Shown piece after piece: positions 43,558 to 53,001 of a stretch of DNA of 53,128 bases. A program made the position numbers and the translations under genes. Numbering within the stretch: the first letter of the stretch is position 1; every line of letters begins with the position of its first letter. The DNA is from a virus. Below the pieces are notes generated by a model, which saw only the letters and a list, made by a program, of their open reading frames with translations, searched no databases and had not been told where the DNA came from. The stretch covers positions 1-53,128 of the IMG/VR virus record IMGVR_UViG_3300043400_000014. The stretch is one strand, 5' to 3'.

Positions 43558-44715
43558 TCAGTTACCAAGCTCAGAGCCGGTCTGGTCAAAGTGAAGCAGA
43601 GCATCAAATGCCTGCTGGCGAACCCGCTGCGCGTCGCTCATATTGGCCACGTTGATTGGGCGCGTACCGGGCGGGGTGATGCGGGCGTCGCGAAACGTAT
43701 CAACGGTTTTTCCTGCATCTTCAGCGAGAATGTCAAACCGGGCGTCAATATACGCCTGATCAGCAAACCGATCCGCTGGAAGCTTATCGCCAAGCTTTGC
43801 CTTGACAACGGCAGTCTTGAGCGCAGCGTCCGAAAGACCAAGAGGCTTGACGTCTTTTGCGATAAGAGCCGCGCGGGCTTCCAAAGCAACGCGATCTGAA
43901 ACCAGCTTATCGATAGCCGACTGATCGAGAACCTTGCCCAAAGCGTCGTCAAGTTTGGCCTGAAGCGCCGACAAATCAGCATCCTTCTTGGCCAACTTCT
44001 TATCCATTTCCTCTTCTTTCTTGGCCATGTCCGCAATAATACGGGCCTGGTCTTTCTGAAGCTTGTCGATGGCCTGGGCACCCTGATCCGTGGTTTCCAC
44101 GGATAGCCCATCCACCATTACAGTGCGCAAGTTCATGACTGTCTCCTTATCTTGCACGTTGGTGATCGGGGCTGTGCCCCACTTGAACGCATCGTCTCCA
44201 ATGCGAGCATCTGAACCCGCCCGACCGCGCTGAACGATAGCGACATGGTTGGCGCGAATGTTTGTTTGAATAGCGTCGTAAGACAACCCGTTGGGCGTTG
44301 TTCCCTTTTCCCATTTCAGGTCGCAGGTATAACCGGCGCTCAATTCCCGTTTACCAGCTTGAACTTTTTGAATCGTCGCAGCGTCCGCCACCATAAGTGG
44401 GATACGCAGAAAGTCGCCGTCGCGCTTGATATCTCCGTCCGTCTGTCCAACCGATAATTGTTTCCAGTTGTCTGCTGTTACCGCAACCGATGGATGATCG
44501 TCCGTTACCGGGCGGTGCGCAAACGATGCCATTGAATCAGTCGAAAACACTTCTGATTCAGGACGGTAAACATCAACCACAGCAAGTTCCGGGCGACCGA
44601 CTTCACTTCCAAGATAACGCTGAATGCCGATGCGTGCGACTTTTGCGTCAACAACCAAGTACCCATCGTCACGGACGCGGGTGCCAGAGATTGTAACTTT
44701 GTCGGTAAACTGCAT
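43558..44715 (-). CDS. scaffold / prohead maturation protein (DUF2213-like)
   Basis: N-terminal YLVVDAKVARIGIQRY..VYRPESEVF; coiled-coil centre rich in A/K/D/L. ATG 44715 (the track start at 44718 is TTG). Confidence 0.6.
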   Translation of the reverse strand: MQFTDKVTISGTRVRDDGYLVVDAKVARIGIQRYLGSEVGRPELAVVDVYRPESEVFSTDSMASFAHRPVTDDHPSVAVTADNWKQLSVGQTDGDIKRDGDFLRIPLMVADAATIQKVQAGKRELSAGYTCDLKWEKGTTPNGLSYDAIQTNIRANHVAIVQRGRAGSDARIGDDAFKWGTAPITNVQDKETVMNLRTVMVDGLSVETTDQGAQAIDKLQKDQARIIADMAKKEEEMDKKLAKKDADLSALQAKLDDALGKVLDQSAIDKLVSDRVALEARAALIAKDVKPLGLSDAALKTAVVKAKLGDKLPADRFADQAYIDARFDILAEDAGKTVDTFRDARITPPGTRPINVANMSDAQRVRQQAFDALLHFDQTGSELGN

Positions 44716-44885
44716 CAACCCCGCCTTTTGAGAAATTCCATTACTCGCTTGGTGCCCTCAACCGTGACGGCAGCTACGTCTTGGGCTCCTGTCTTAGCGA
44801 CAAACTTGGCCGACGTCAAGACCTTTGTTGGTTGTTTCACGGCAACAACAATTGCTGCCCGTCTTTCTGCGCAACGACAAGACAT
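44715..44885 (-). CDS. 56-aa protein, below the ORF-track cutoff
   Basis: Hand translation gives MSCRCAERRAAIVVAVKQPTKVLTSAKFVAKTGAQDVAAVTVEGTKRVMEFLKRRG. TAATG and TGATG couplings at its two ends. Fills a 166-bp gap. Confidence 0.45.
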   Translation of the reverse strand: MSCRCAERRAAIVVAVKQPTKVLTSAKFVAKTGAQDVAAVTVEGTKRVMEFLKRRG

Positions 44886-45691
44886 TAAAACTCCACCACT
44901 CCTTGAGCATTACACCGGCACTGGATTGGTTGCCCAGGGGGCAGTCCTTCCTCCGCACCTGTGGGTTCGCCGTAACGATATTTTGTTCCTTCAAGTTTCG
45001 AATGACGGGGGCGCACGCGCTCATCCTGGCTGGTGCGCCAAATATAACTTTCAACTCCGGCTTGTTGATGCCTTTTCCGGTTCAAGTCGCTAGTCAACTT
45101 TGATGTCTGGTCGCGAGCAATCAACCGGGCACGGCTATCATTAATCTCAAGTTGCTTCTTGAGACGCACTTGAAGGTTGCTAACGCTATCGCCAGCTAAC
45201 AGGGCGCTGGTTGTTTCTTGAGCGACGCGCTTAAGTAAATCGTCACCCATTCCCTTTATCAAGGAAGCATTGCGAACTGATACGACCTCAAGAAAATCGG
45301 TTAAATCTTCCTCTTTAACAACGGAAGATAGGTCCACGCCAAAAGCTTTGCGGGCTGAAGTCATCCACGCTTTGGTGTGACGATCCCCCTCAAGCTTTAA
45401 TAGTTGAGCGATTTGATTATTGACCGACCGTATCATGGCTGCTGTAATTAATCGAAGCGCTTCAGTCGCTGATTCATCAGCGTCAACGGTCAACGCATCA
45501 GAGAGTTGAGCAATCCGGCGCTGATATGCCGGGATTATAATCTCACGGATACCGCGAGCAACTTCTTGTCCAATCCGACGGGCTTGCGCCAAATAAGACC
45601 GTTCGAAACCTGGTGACTCACTGATGATAGGCATCAGCGCTGACGTTCCAGATCGCCGGTTGCGGATCATATTGGATAGGTCATACTTCAT
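44885..45691 (-). CDS. Mu F-like (SPP1 gp7 family) head morphogenesis protein
   Basis: YIWRTSQDERVRPRHSKLEGTKY motif. Confidence 0.8.
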   Translation of the reverse strand: MKYDLSNMIRNRRSGTSALMPIISESPGFERSYLAQARRIGQEVARGIREIIIPAYQRRIAQLSDALTVDADESATEALRLITAAMIRSVNNQIAQLLKLEGDRHTKAWMTSARKAFGVDLSSVVKEEDLTDFLEVVSVRNASLIKGMGDDLLKRVAQETTSALLAGDSVSNLQVRLKKQLEINDSRARLIARDQTSKLTSDLNRKRHQQAGVESYIWRTSQDERVRPRHSKLEGTKYRYGEPTGAEEGLPPGQPIQCRCNAQGVVEF

Positions 45692-47036
45692 TCAGCTTTG
45701 CCTTGGGCTCAGGATTTTCCAAAGCGTTAACACTGACTTCGCTTGCCCGACGTTCCAGATCAAATTCTGGCAGTTGTTCGCCGTTCTTTTTAAGCAAGTC
45801 GCCAAGACCTGGATAAAAAGAGGATTCAATCAACTGGTTGCCTACAACCTCGCGCAATTCTTCTGGCATGAACAATCCAGTAGTGGTGAGAACGTTTGCC
45901 GTGTCCGCGTTCATCTTACCGATTTCAGCCAGTTCCTTTTCGCTCATCTGTTCCAAAGGAGCCCAAGTATAGAAAATTTCATCGGGCCGATTGCCCAAAG
46001 CCGACCGGATCAGCGCTTCATCCAACTTGTATAGGGCTGGACCGATTTCAAGAGCCTGGATAGACGCGATCCGGTCATAATAGTTTTTCATATCGTGTTC
46101 GCCGGTGGACGACAAACCGGAAGGTGATTGCCCAAGCAAACGGGTCAGCGGAATATCCGCCGCCCCGGATACCAGAATGAGGAATTGTTGTAACACATCC
46201 GGCAAACCAGTAAAGGCGATCTGCTTGCGGTCGTATTCTTCATCACTGTCAGTGATCAAAGCCTTTGTGACCGATTTGCCGATGTTGGCAAGCGTGAAGC
46301 GATCAATCAGCTTGGTGCGATACGCAGCGCTGCTCATGTGCTCCATAAGGTCTTGAATTTTGTACACATCTACATTGGCTTCGAAAACCAGCGACGCGAT
46401 ATTTGAAGCTGTGGCGTCGGCGTTTGTCACAGCAGACCAAACCGACTGTAATGAGCTATCGCCCCAACCGACGTTTGTGCTGACGTTCCAAGGATCGGGA
46501 TGAAGTTCACCAATTTGCAACACGATCCGAGACGGGTGAATATCAAGGAAGGTAAGACCGTTGCTAACTTGATAAGAAATAGGCCAACCGTAATTTTCTG
46601 CCGTCGGGTCTTGATTCAATTCGCCAGCGACAATTTCCCGACGGCTCATCACCGTGAGATATTTCAAGCCGCCCTTTTTGATGCTTTCCGGTTCCCAGGG
46701 TTTCGAAGCGTCGCCCCCGTCACCAATATACATAACCGCCCCGCCCCAAAGCCGGGCAAGGGTCTTACACCACAACATCTTCTGCTTCAAGCCCAAACGA
46801 CGTTCTTCAGCCTCAATCATTGTGATTTGAGATTGATCAGCTTGCCACTCACGCCATTTCCGCAAAGCGTCCATAGCTGGAATGTTGATAATCTTTTTCG
46901 CCAACCACGTGTTGCGATACGCATTAAGCAGTTGTTGGTCGCTGAGAAACGTGTGACCGTACGACAAAGACGCAGCTTTGTCGATGCTTGGATCACCCAT
47001 CCCTGTAATCAATGAACGCAAGCTGTCGTTATTCAT
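45681..47036 (-). CDS. portal protein (DUF1073-like)
   Basis: 451 aa; N-terminal LAKKIINIPAMDALRKWREW; precedes the MuF-like gene. Confidence 0.8.
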   Translation of the reverse strand: MNNDSLRSLITGMGDPSIDKAASLSYGHTFLSDQQLLNAYRNTWLAKKIINIPAMDALRKWREWQADQSQITMIEAEERRLGLKQKMLWCKTLARLWGGAVMYIGDGGDASKPWEPESIKKGGLKYLTVMSRREIVAGELNQDPTAENYGWPISYQVSNGLTFLDIHPSRIVLQIGELHPDPWNVSTNVGWGDSSLQSVWSAVTNADATASNIASLVFEANVDVYKIQDLMEHMSSAAYRTKLIDRFTLANIGKSVTKALITDSDEEYDRKQIAFTGLPDVLQQFLILVSGAADIPLTRLLGQSPSGLSSTGEHDMKNYYDRIASIQALEIGPALYKLDEALIRSALGNRPDEIFYTWAPLEQMSEKELAEIGKMNADTANVLTTTGLFMPEELREVVGNQLIESSFYPGLGDLLKKNGEQLPEFDLERRASEVSVNALENPEPKAKLNEV

Positions 47037-47494
47037 TTGTTTTCCCTGTTGACCAACAGCAGTGCTGTGTCAGTAACGTGGCCGAACCGATCAAAAACGC
47101 GCCGTCCGCACGCATGAAGGAACCCGGCGCTAAGTTCGTGACAAAACCAACTGTCGTCTTCGCGCCAGTCCCGGTCCGGCGATAAAGAGACGCCGAACGC
47201 CCCGCGCCAGTCGTATCCCTTGCCAACTTGCGCCTCTACCCAAGAGACGCCAGCCGCTTTATCAGGCACAACAAAAGGACGCATGCAGACAATATCCTGC
47301 CCCTGGATGGCTTCTGCCCACGGTTGTTTGACTACGCCATGCAACATTGTGGCTTGATAAACCGTTCCGTCCACGAGGATCATGGAATGACTTGCCCGCG
47401 CCCACTTAAACCGGGAAACAGGAAGCGCCCACCGGATCAACCATGAAACGGGGTTCCATGATCGCTTGGTGAAAACGATGGTGACGTTATTCAT
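47033..47494 (-). CDS. permuted papain-fold (YiiX/YaeF C92-like) peptidase/amidase (tentative)
   Basis: ASHSMILVDG (His first) then WFCHELSAGF (Cys second), the order seen in permuted NlpC/P60 enzymes. Confidence 0.45.
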   Translation of the reverse strand: MNNVTIVFTKRSWNPVSWLIRWALPVSRFKWARASHSMILVDGTVYQATMLHGVVKQPWAEAIQGQDIVCMRPFVVPDKAAGVSWVEAQVGKGYDWRGAFGVSLSPDRDWREDDSWFCHELSAGFLHACGRRVFDRFGHVTDTALLLVNRENK

Positions 47495-47868
47495 CACGCT
47501 GTCTCCGCAACATATCCAGCGGCAACCGGATCATCCACGTCGACAAGTTCAAGCCGTGTGCCGGGCAACTCCTGAACTAGAGGCGCGAGACGGAGGATGC
47601 CCTGCAGCGGCCCTGTCCCGAGCATCTGGTCAGCAATGACCCGACCATCATCACCGACATGAGTGTGAAGGCTGTCGTAATCAAGCCACCACAAGCCCGG
47701 TATTGTCTGATGTGCCTGCCAGATTGACGCGTCATAGGGCGCGGTGACATAATTTGGATCGGTGGACAGCCAGCGCAGACGCGACCATGTATTCAGCTGG
47801 TCCACCGTCAATTGTTTGAGTTGTTCGGCTGGAGGATTTGGAACACATACAAATTGAAGAATGCGCAT
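47494..47868 (-). CDS. hypothetical protein (124 aa)
   Basis: ATG start; coupled to the downstream gene (TGATG). Confidence 0.6.
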   Translation of the reverse strand: MRILQFVCVPNPPAEQLKQLTVDQLNTWSRLRWLSTDPNYVTAPYDASIWQAHQTIPGLWWLDYDSLHTHVGDDGRVIADQMLGTGPLQGILRLAPLVQELPGTRLELVDVDDPVAAGYVAETA

Positions 47869-47879
47869 GTGGTTTCTCC

Positions 47880-50123
47880 TTATGAGATAGCGATGCCATA
47901 ATAGGCACCTTGATCGGCGGTAAGCATGCTATGCTGTGCGTCTGTAAGGGCTGTGTCAAACAGAATAGTTTCTGCACCAGTACCCCAGAGGGAACGACTA
48001 TTCTGCCCATTACCAAGAGCGTGGAAGATGTCAGTTACTAGAGGGGCAAGGGTAACCGCTAGTGGTGCTGAAGCTAGACCGTTTGCGTAAGCTATTGCCG
48101 TAGCATTTGGCAAGACCCTACCAGCAGCAATGCAACCCTCACCTAGCGCTGGTCCGACGGCAGTTACGGTTGGAGCACCGACTTGTACCCTTGAGTCCAT
48201 TCTAGTATCAATTGTACTCGATACAAGAGCAAGTCTTGTTCCAGTGCTTCCTACCAATCCAGTTCCACAGTAAAAAGAAGAAACCGCTGGAGACCTGTTT
48301 CCAATTCTCTTCCCAACAAAAGACATATAAGCTTGGGTATAGCCAAGCAAGTTGTGCGCAGTAGTGAGTCTCTTTAACAAACCATCTACAAACATCGCGG
48401 GGCGGCTATTAACAAGATTCAAGACACCATTGGTGATAATTTCTGGTTGATTCGCTGCGGTTGCTTGTACGGCATCACGTCCATTACCTGTTGCGGCTGT
48501 TCCAGTTGTACGAGTGTAAGTCGCAAGAGTTGACCCAATGTTTAATTGCGGGGCAGCTATTCGCAATGTGAAGTCAACTGCGACACCAACAAAATTTGCG
48601 TTGAATCGCATAGTTAACGTTCCATTGGTGTCTCCGACGTTTTGGTTTTGGATTATTGCACGAGTCAATAATCCGGTAGGTGCAATGATTGCCTGCCCGG
48701 TTCCACCGCTTCCAATACGCAGAGTCAATGGCGAAATATCGTTGAGAGAACCTGCTACAAGCTTGAAGCCCGCAGCTGCACTGTATGCGGTTCCGGGAGT
48801 TGCAGCTATTCCTGGCGAGAAACTACTAAATATTCCTCCAGTGGCTGTAGATGTACCAACCCACCTAACGTCAACATAATCATATCCATCTTCAGTGCCA
48901 GTTCCGACAATTTGCCAAGAAAGGCCATTAGCGTTTCCAAACGACCACCCTGTCGGTTGCGTTCCCGGAACTCCAATAGCAGCCCCAACACATGCGCTGT
49001 TTGGTATCAAATTTTGAGCGAATGTACCACTCTGATCATACCATGTGGTCACAAAGCCACTTGGCAAAGTGCCTGCATAGGTGATTCCATGATACATCGC
49101 TTGTGAAGCTTCAAGCGAAACTCTACCAAAAGCCGAAAGTGCAGACGGGAACACAATAAACTCAGACAGCAAGCCCCAAAAAAAGTTTTGTCCAGGAGTA
49201 CGACCATTGCAGCCAATACCGAGCTGGTCAAGAGTCAATGCCCCAGAAATATTTGCCGTCTGCGAAACTCCACCGTCAAGTCGCGCATTGAGAGTTGTTT
49301 GATTCCACACAGCAGAGTAGGTGTGCGGGTTAGTATCACCGCCGAGAGAAGGAGTTGTTACTAGCTGCGAAGCATCATTTCGCATACGAAAACTGAAGCC
49401 GCTGGTTCCGCCATCATCAAGTAGAGGAGTTTGGGTCGCTGTATTACGCCAATCGAACATCTGATTCTGGCCAACAAGCCCAAGACGGGAAAAAACCGCA
49501 GCAAATGAAGCGCCAGTAATGCCCGTAGCAGTTACCATGCTAAGCAAATACGTATTTACAAATCTGATGCTTGGCTTTCCGCCTACCGTCTCAATAACAC
49601 CAGCACTGACAATTCGAGGCTGACTCGCAGGAATTACCTGCAAAGCGTGTTTGTTATTGCCAGTCTGATCATACCAAGTGGTAATGAATCCATTGGCCGA
49701 ACCGACAAAAGCAAGCAGCTCAGTTGTGTTCAGACTGCCATCGGTGTTGAATCCAATGTCAGCTTCCACATTGTCAGTTGATCTACGAACTCGAATAGCT
49801 GGGCCAGTATAAGCCGTCCGCAAACTGCGAAGCGAAAAAGCAGCCGCCGCACCTGCCACAGAATCAAGAGGTCTTTTCGGAACGCCACAGAAATTCAGCA
49901 GTGCGTCAACGTCGAGACTACCTGTTGAATCAAACCCAATATCCTGCTCCATATTGTCGCTTGACCGACGCACGCGAGCAGCCGCCCCAGAATACAAACG
50001 TCGTAACTTGCGAAATGAAAATGCAGCCGCTGCTGATACCCCGATTTGATCAAGGATAAACCCGCCGACGCTTGTCAACATGGTAGACGATAGCAGTGTT
50101 GCTGTGAGCGTCAGAGTTCTCAT
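47880..50123 (-). CDS. 747-aa repeat-containing, probably carbohydrate-binding / fibre-like structural protein
   Basis: Two N-terminal ~50-aa repeats (AAAAFS.R.LR..Y.G.A.RVRRS.DN.E.DIGF...GSL....LL.F.G) at residues 31-80 and 91-141. Two TTWYDQxG modules. Gly/Thr/Ala-rich beta-type composition. Confidence 0.55.
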   Translation of the reverse strand: MRTLTLTATLLSSTMLTSVGGFILDQIGVSAAAAFSFRKLRRLYSGAAARVRRSSDNMEQDIGFDSTGSLDVDALLNFCGVPKRPLDSVAGAAAAFSLRSLRTAYTGPAIRVRRSTDNVEADIGFNTDGSLNTTELLAFVGSANGFITTWYDQTGNNKHALQVIPASQPRIVSAGVIETVGGKPSIRFVNTYLLSMVTATGITGASFAAVFSRLGLVGQNQMFDWRNTATQTPLLDDGGTSGFSFRMRNDASQLVTTPSLGGDTNPHTYSAVWNQTTLNARLDGGVSQTANISGALTLDQLGIGCNGRTPGQNFFWGLLSEFIVFPSALSAFGRVSLEASQAMYHGITYAGTLPSGFVTTWYDQSGTFAQNLIPNSACVGAAIGVPGTQPTGWSFGNANGLSWQIVGTGTEDGYDYVDVRWVGTSTATGGIFSSFSPGIAATPGTAYSAAAGFKLVAGSLNDISPLTLRIGSGGTGQAIIAPTGLLTRAIIQNQNVGDTNGTLTMRFNANFVGVAVDFTLRIAAPQLNIGSTLATYTRTTGTAATGNGRDAVQATAANQPEIITNGVLNLVNSRPAMFVDGLLKRLTTAHNLLGYTQAYMSFVGKRIGNRSPAVSSFYCGTGLVGSTGTRLALVSSTIDTRMDSRVQVGAPTVTAVGPALGEGCIAAGRVLPNATAIAYANGLASAPLAVTLAPLVTDIFHALGNGQNSRSLWGTGAETILFDTALTDAQHSMLTADQGAYYGIAIS

Positions 50124-50132
50124 CCAAATACC

Positions 50133-50696
50133 TTACGAATATGCGGCCACTGCACCGCTGGTCAGCGTGTAAGCTGTGAATGGGCCAATCAGCAAAGTGC
50201 CAGCCGGAAGGGAAACACCAGTCAAAGAACCTGTTCCATTCGTCCGGGTCAGCGCTGAGAAGGTTGTAGCTGTCAGGCAGTGAATTTGTGCGAACGAGCC
50301 GCCCGTAACGGGGGTTGTATCGGTTGTGTATCGAACCGCGCCAGAGCCGTTTGTGTCGCGGGCAGCAACCGCTGCCTGATCCGACGCAATAACCACCGCC
50401 AATGATGCAGCAGACGTCTTTGCCCCGAGTGACGCCGGTATCCGGCCAATCAACGTTGTCCAATTCTGAAGGCCGCGCTTAATCAAGGCTATAATCGAGA
50501 ACGTTCCCGCGTCGGTTGTAGCAGCCGCGTCGTTTGGCGCACCGATACCAGCTTTGACGAGAAGCTGCGTTGCTTCTGTTGCGCCGGATGAACCGCCACC
50601 AATATCTTCAGGGTTCAATATCACAACGCCTTGAGCAGTGTGCGTTAAGCCGTCGGCGTTGTACGAAACCACGTCGTTATTGGGGGTAACAGTCAT
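50133..50696 (-). CDS. Ala/Gly/Thr-rich hypothetical (structural?) protein (187 aa)
   Basis: Composition and position next to the 747-aa protein. Confidence 0.5.
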   Translation of the reverse strand: MTVTPNNDVVSYNADGLTHTAQGVVILNPEDIGGGSSGATEATQLLVKAGIGAPNDAAATTDAGTFSIIALIKRGLQNWTTLIGRIPASLGAKTSAASLAVVIASDQAAVAARDTNGSGAVRYTTDTTPVTGGSFAQIHCLTATTFSALTRTNGTGSLTGVSLPAGTLLIGPFTAYTLTSGAVAAYS

Positions 50697-50708
50697 ACAG
50701 GTCTCCTA

Positions 50709-52379
50709 TCAACCAACGTTTTCCAAGGTGTATCGGCTCATTACTGGCCAATAAGCCATTACAACGGCATCAGCCATATTTGGCGACCTTGTCCCTTCCG
50801 GGTTTTTGTCCACCATTAGCTTTAACCGACCGGGCGACAAAGAGGAAGTGGCTTGGGACAATTCTTTTATGAGTTGTGCCAAATCCTCTTTCTTGAAGCC
50901 AGAACTATCAATGCTGATCAATTCGTCCGTGTCGTAGTCAATCCCTTCCGTCACAGCGCGGTAAGTGCGCCAAAACCGGGCGCGTAGTTCCCACCAAGCT
51001 TGAGCCTTGAGATTTAAATAATGATCTTTGTTGATCGGACTGGCCTTGTCGCCTTTGATAATCCGCTTTTCAGGGAATAGGACTGCTGCCCCAGCATTCC
51101 AGGGTTCAACCCTTAGCCCAAGGGGGAAGCGGAAATCGATACGCTCTCCAGCTTCTTGCGCAGCCCTCAACCGGTTGACCTCGCTCTTGACCCCGGCTCC
51201 CACGCCAATACAATCATACATCAAAGCTGTTTCAGCCGGTCGGACCAACTTTTGAATTGCTCGTCGGGTTGTGACGCCCGTATCGACCGCGCCCCAAGCT
51301 TCGACTTGTTTCAGGATAACGCCCCGGCGTTGCGCCAAAGCGTTCTTGTCCCCGCCGCCGTCGGCAACGTCAAGCGCTGCGATCCATTTACCTTCCTCAA
51401 GAAATTGAAGTTTGACGTGCGCATCAATCGCAGCCCGGACCCATTCGCTTGAGATGATGATACCTTCGACCGAACTGCTGTAATCGCGGTCCACTTCTTG
51501 GGCAAAGATGTGAAGCAAACCCTCATCCTCTGCCTTCTTTCGGCGTTCATCGTACCAGGCTTGCGTCTTTTCCGGATGATGGGTCCAGTCGAATACAAAC
51601 ACGTTCGCCTTACCTTTGACAACGGGTTGCCCCGGCTCCCACTCCTGTCCGTTTTCCCGTCTGCGATGAAAAACGTTGCCGGTGCCATTTACTGAGCTGA
51701 TATCAATCTGGACACGGGTATTATCGCCCAAGGCGGCTTCAATCAGGTCGGGGCGCTCATAATGCGCACTCTCGTCTTTGAAGTAAATGCGCTTGCGACC
51801 GCCGCGACCGATATTTGAACCCGCTTCACCCGTGATACTGGCCCCGTTTTCCGGGTTCAACACGCGCATATAGGTCATATGATCTTTTTCGCTGAAACCT
51901 TTTGGATGAAACTCAACCGGCAGATTTCGGATCACCGCTCTGATTTTCTCGAAAATGCTGTCCATGTCCCCGAGTTTATCAACCAGCTGCTCTTTTCGCG
52001 ATCCCCATCCAATCGAGATACCATCATAAAACCGCCAGAGGTGGACCGAGACTGCGACGGCATCCCAAGTTGCCCCGGCGTCACGGCACTTCTCAACTAA
52101 GCCGTCCGCCTCACCCTCTAGGCAAGCGTAGATGAACCGGGTAAGATCACGCTGGCGCTCGAACATTACAAACGGCATACGGGTGATCTTACCCGGCACC
52201 CCGGCGTTGCGTGGATCGTAAGTATCAATCCAATCACAGATGAACTCGACCGGGTGCGTCCGATAGTAAATAAGCGCCGCCTTAAGCAAGTTCGGGTTGG
52301 ACCGGAAAGACAGCAGCTGTTTTTGCCGCCACGCAAACAGGCTCACATAATCAGGCGGCCAAGAGGCGCTCTCGGTCAT
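50709..52379 (-). CDS. terL: terminase large subunit
   Basis: 556 aa; VEKCRDAGATW resembles the terminase K-x-R-Q-x-G-x-T/S ATPase segment; ATGA coupling to terS. Confidence 0.85.
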   Translation of the reverse strand: MTESASWPPDYVSLFAWRQKQLLSFRSNPNLLKAALIYYRTHPVEFICDWIDTYDPRNAGVPGKITRMPFVMFERQRDLTRFIYACLEGEADGLVEKCRDAGATWDAVAVSVHLWRFYDGISIGWGSRKEQLVDKLGDMDSIFEKIRAVIRNLPVEFHPKGFSEKDHMTYMRVLNPENGASITGEAGSNIGRGGRKRIYFKDESAHYERPDLIEAALGDNTRVQIDISSVNGTGNVFHRRRENGQEWEPGQPVVKGKANVFVFDWTHHPEKTQAWYDERRKKAEDEGLLHIFAQEVDRDYSSSVEGIIISSEWVRAAIDAHVKLQFLEEGKWIAALDVADGGGDKNALAQRRGVILKQVEAWGAVDTGVTTRRAIQKLVRPAETALMYDCIGVGAGVKSEVNRLRAAQEAGERIDFRFPLGLRVEPWNAGAAVLFPEKRIIKGDKASPINKDHYLNLKAQAWWELRARFWRTYRAVTEGIDYDTDELISIDSSGFKKEDLAQLIKELSQATSSLSPGRLKLMVDKNPEGTRSPNMADAVVMAYWPVMSRYTLENVG

Positions 52380-52891
52380 CTTGCCTCACGGGTCTGCGCA
52401 TACAAGTCTGCGGCTTCCTCCGCGGTCATTTCCTTTGTGATGGACTGAACAGGACCGCCGCCCGGACCGCTGATCTCGGTACGATCCGCCAATCCCAAAT
52501 CGCGGCTGATAATACTCGCGTTGAGCATACCGGCAGCGGCAGCAACAAACTTCTGATCCCTGATTGTTTTCTCAGCCCATTCGAGGACCGGAAGTAAATC
52601 TTGTCGTTCAGTGCGCCAGGATCGCCACTGCCGGTCGGTGATGTCAATGAACAAAGTAAGACCGTTGATGGTGAATGCTCGCAGTTTCGGAACTTCTTCA
52701 ATCGTGCTCTGCCCCTCATAAGAAACCAACTTGGCTTCCATCAAAGGATGTTCTTCACACCAGTTGAAATAATCCTCACAAGCCTCCAGAAGCATGCGCG
52801 CGCCTTCCGCGCCTTCCGGAAACTTAGGCAACCGCCCATGACGGCTACGCGCCTTCCAAAACTGATTCGTATTGCCGTTTGGATTACTCAT
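52376..52891 (-). CDS. terS: terminase small subunit
   Basis: KLRAFTINGLTLFIDITDRQWRSW HTH-like segment typical of gp3-type small terminases. ATG 52891 has GGAG 7 nt upstream (track start 52897 is TTG). Confidence 0.7.
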   Translation of the reverse strand: MSNPNGNTNQFWKARSRHGRLPKFPEGAEGARMLLEACEDYFNWCEEHPLMEAKLVSYEGQSTIEEVPKLRAFTINGLTLFIDITDRQWRSWRTERQDLLPVLEWAEKTIRDQKFVAAAAGMLNASIISRDLGLADRTEISGPGGGPVQSITKEMTAEEAADLYAQTREAR

Positions 52892-52917
52892 ATTCAATCT
52901 CCATTCTCCATGGCCCG

Positions 52918-52946
52918 AATATAAGCCCAGAACGACTTCCGGGCAA
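52918..52946 (-). promoter_or_regulatory. sigma70-like promoter for the late block, -35 TTGCCC (52941..52946), 17 nt, -10 TATATT (52918..52923)
   Basis: Minus strand reads TTGCCCggaagtcgttctgggctTATATT, immediately downstream of repeat copy A. Confidence 0.5.
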
Positions 52947-52948
52947 GC

Positions 52949-53001
52949 CGTCTTAACGTCTTAACTTAGCACTTCCACTTACCTTGTAAGTTAAGACGGC
53001 T
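52949..53001. repeat. Left-hand part of 269-bp repeat copy A
   Basis: 52949..53001 is identical to 26061..26113. Confidence 0.95.
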
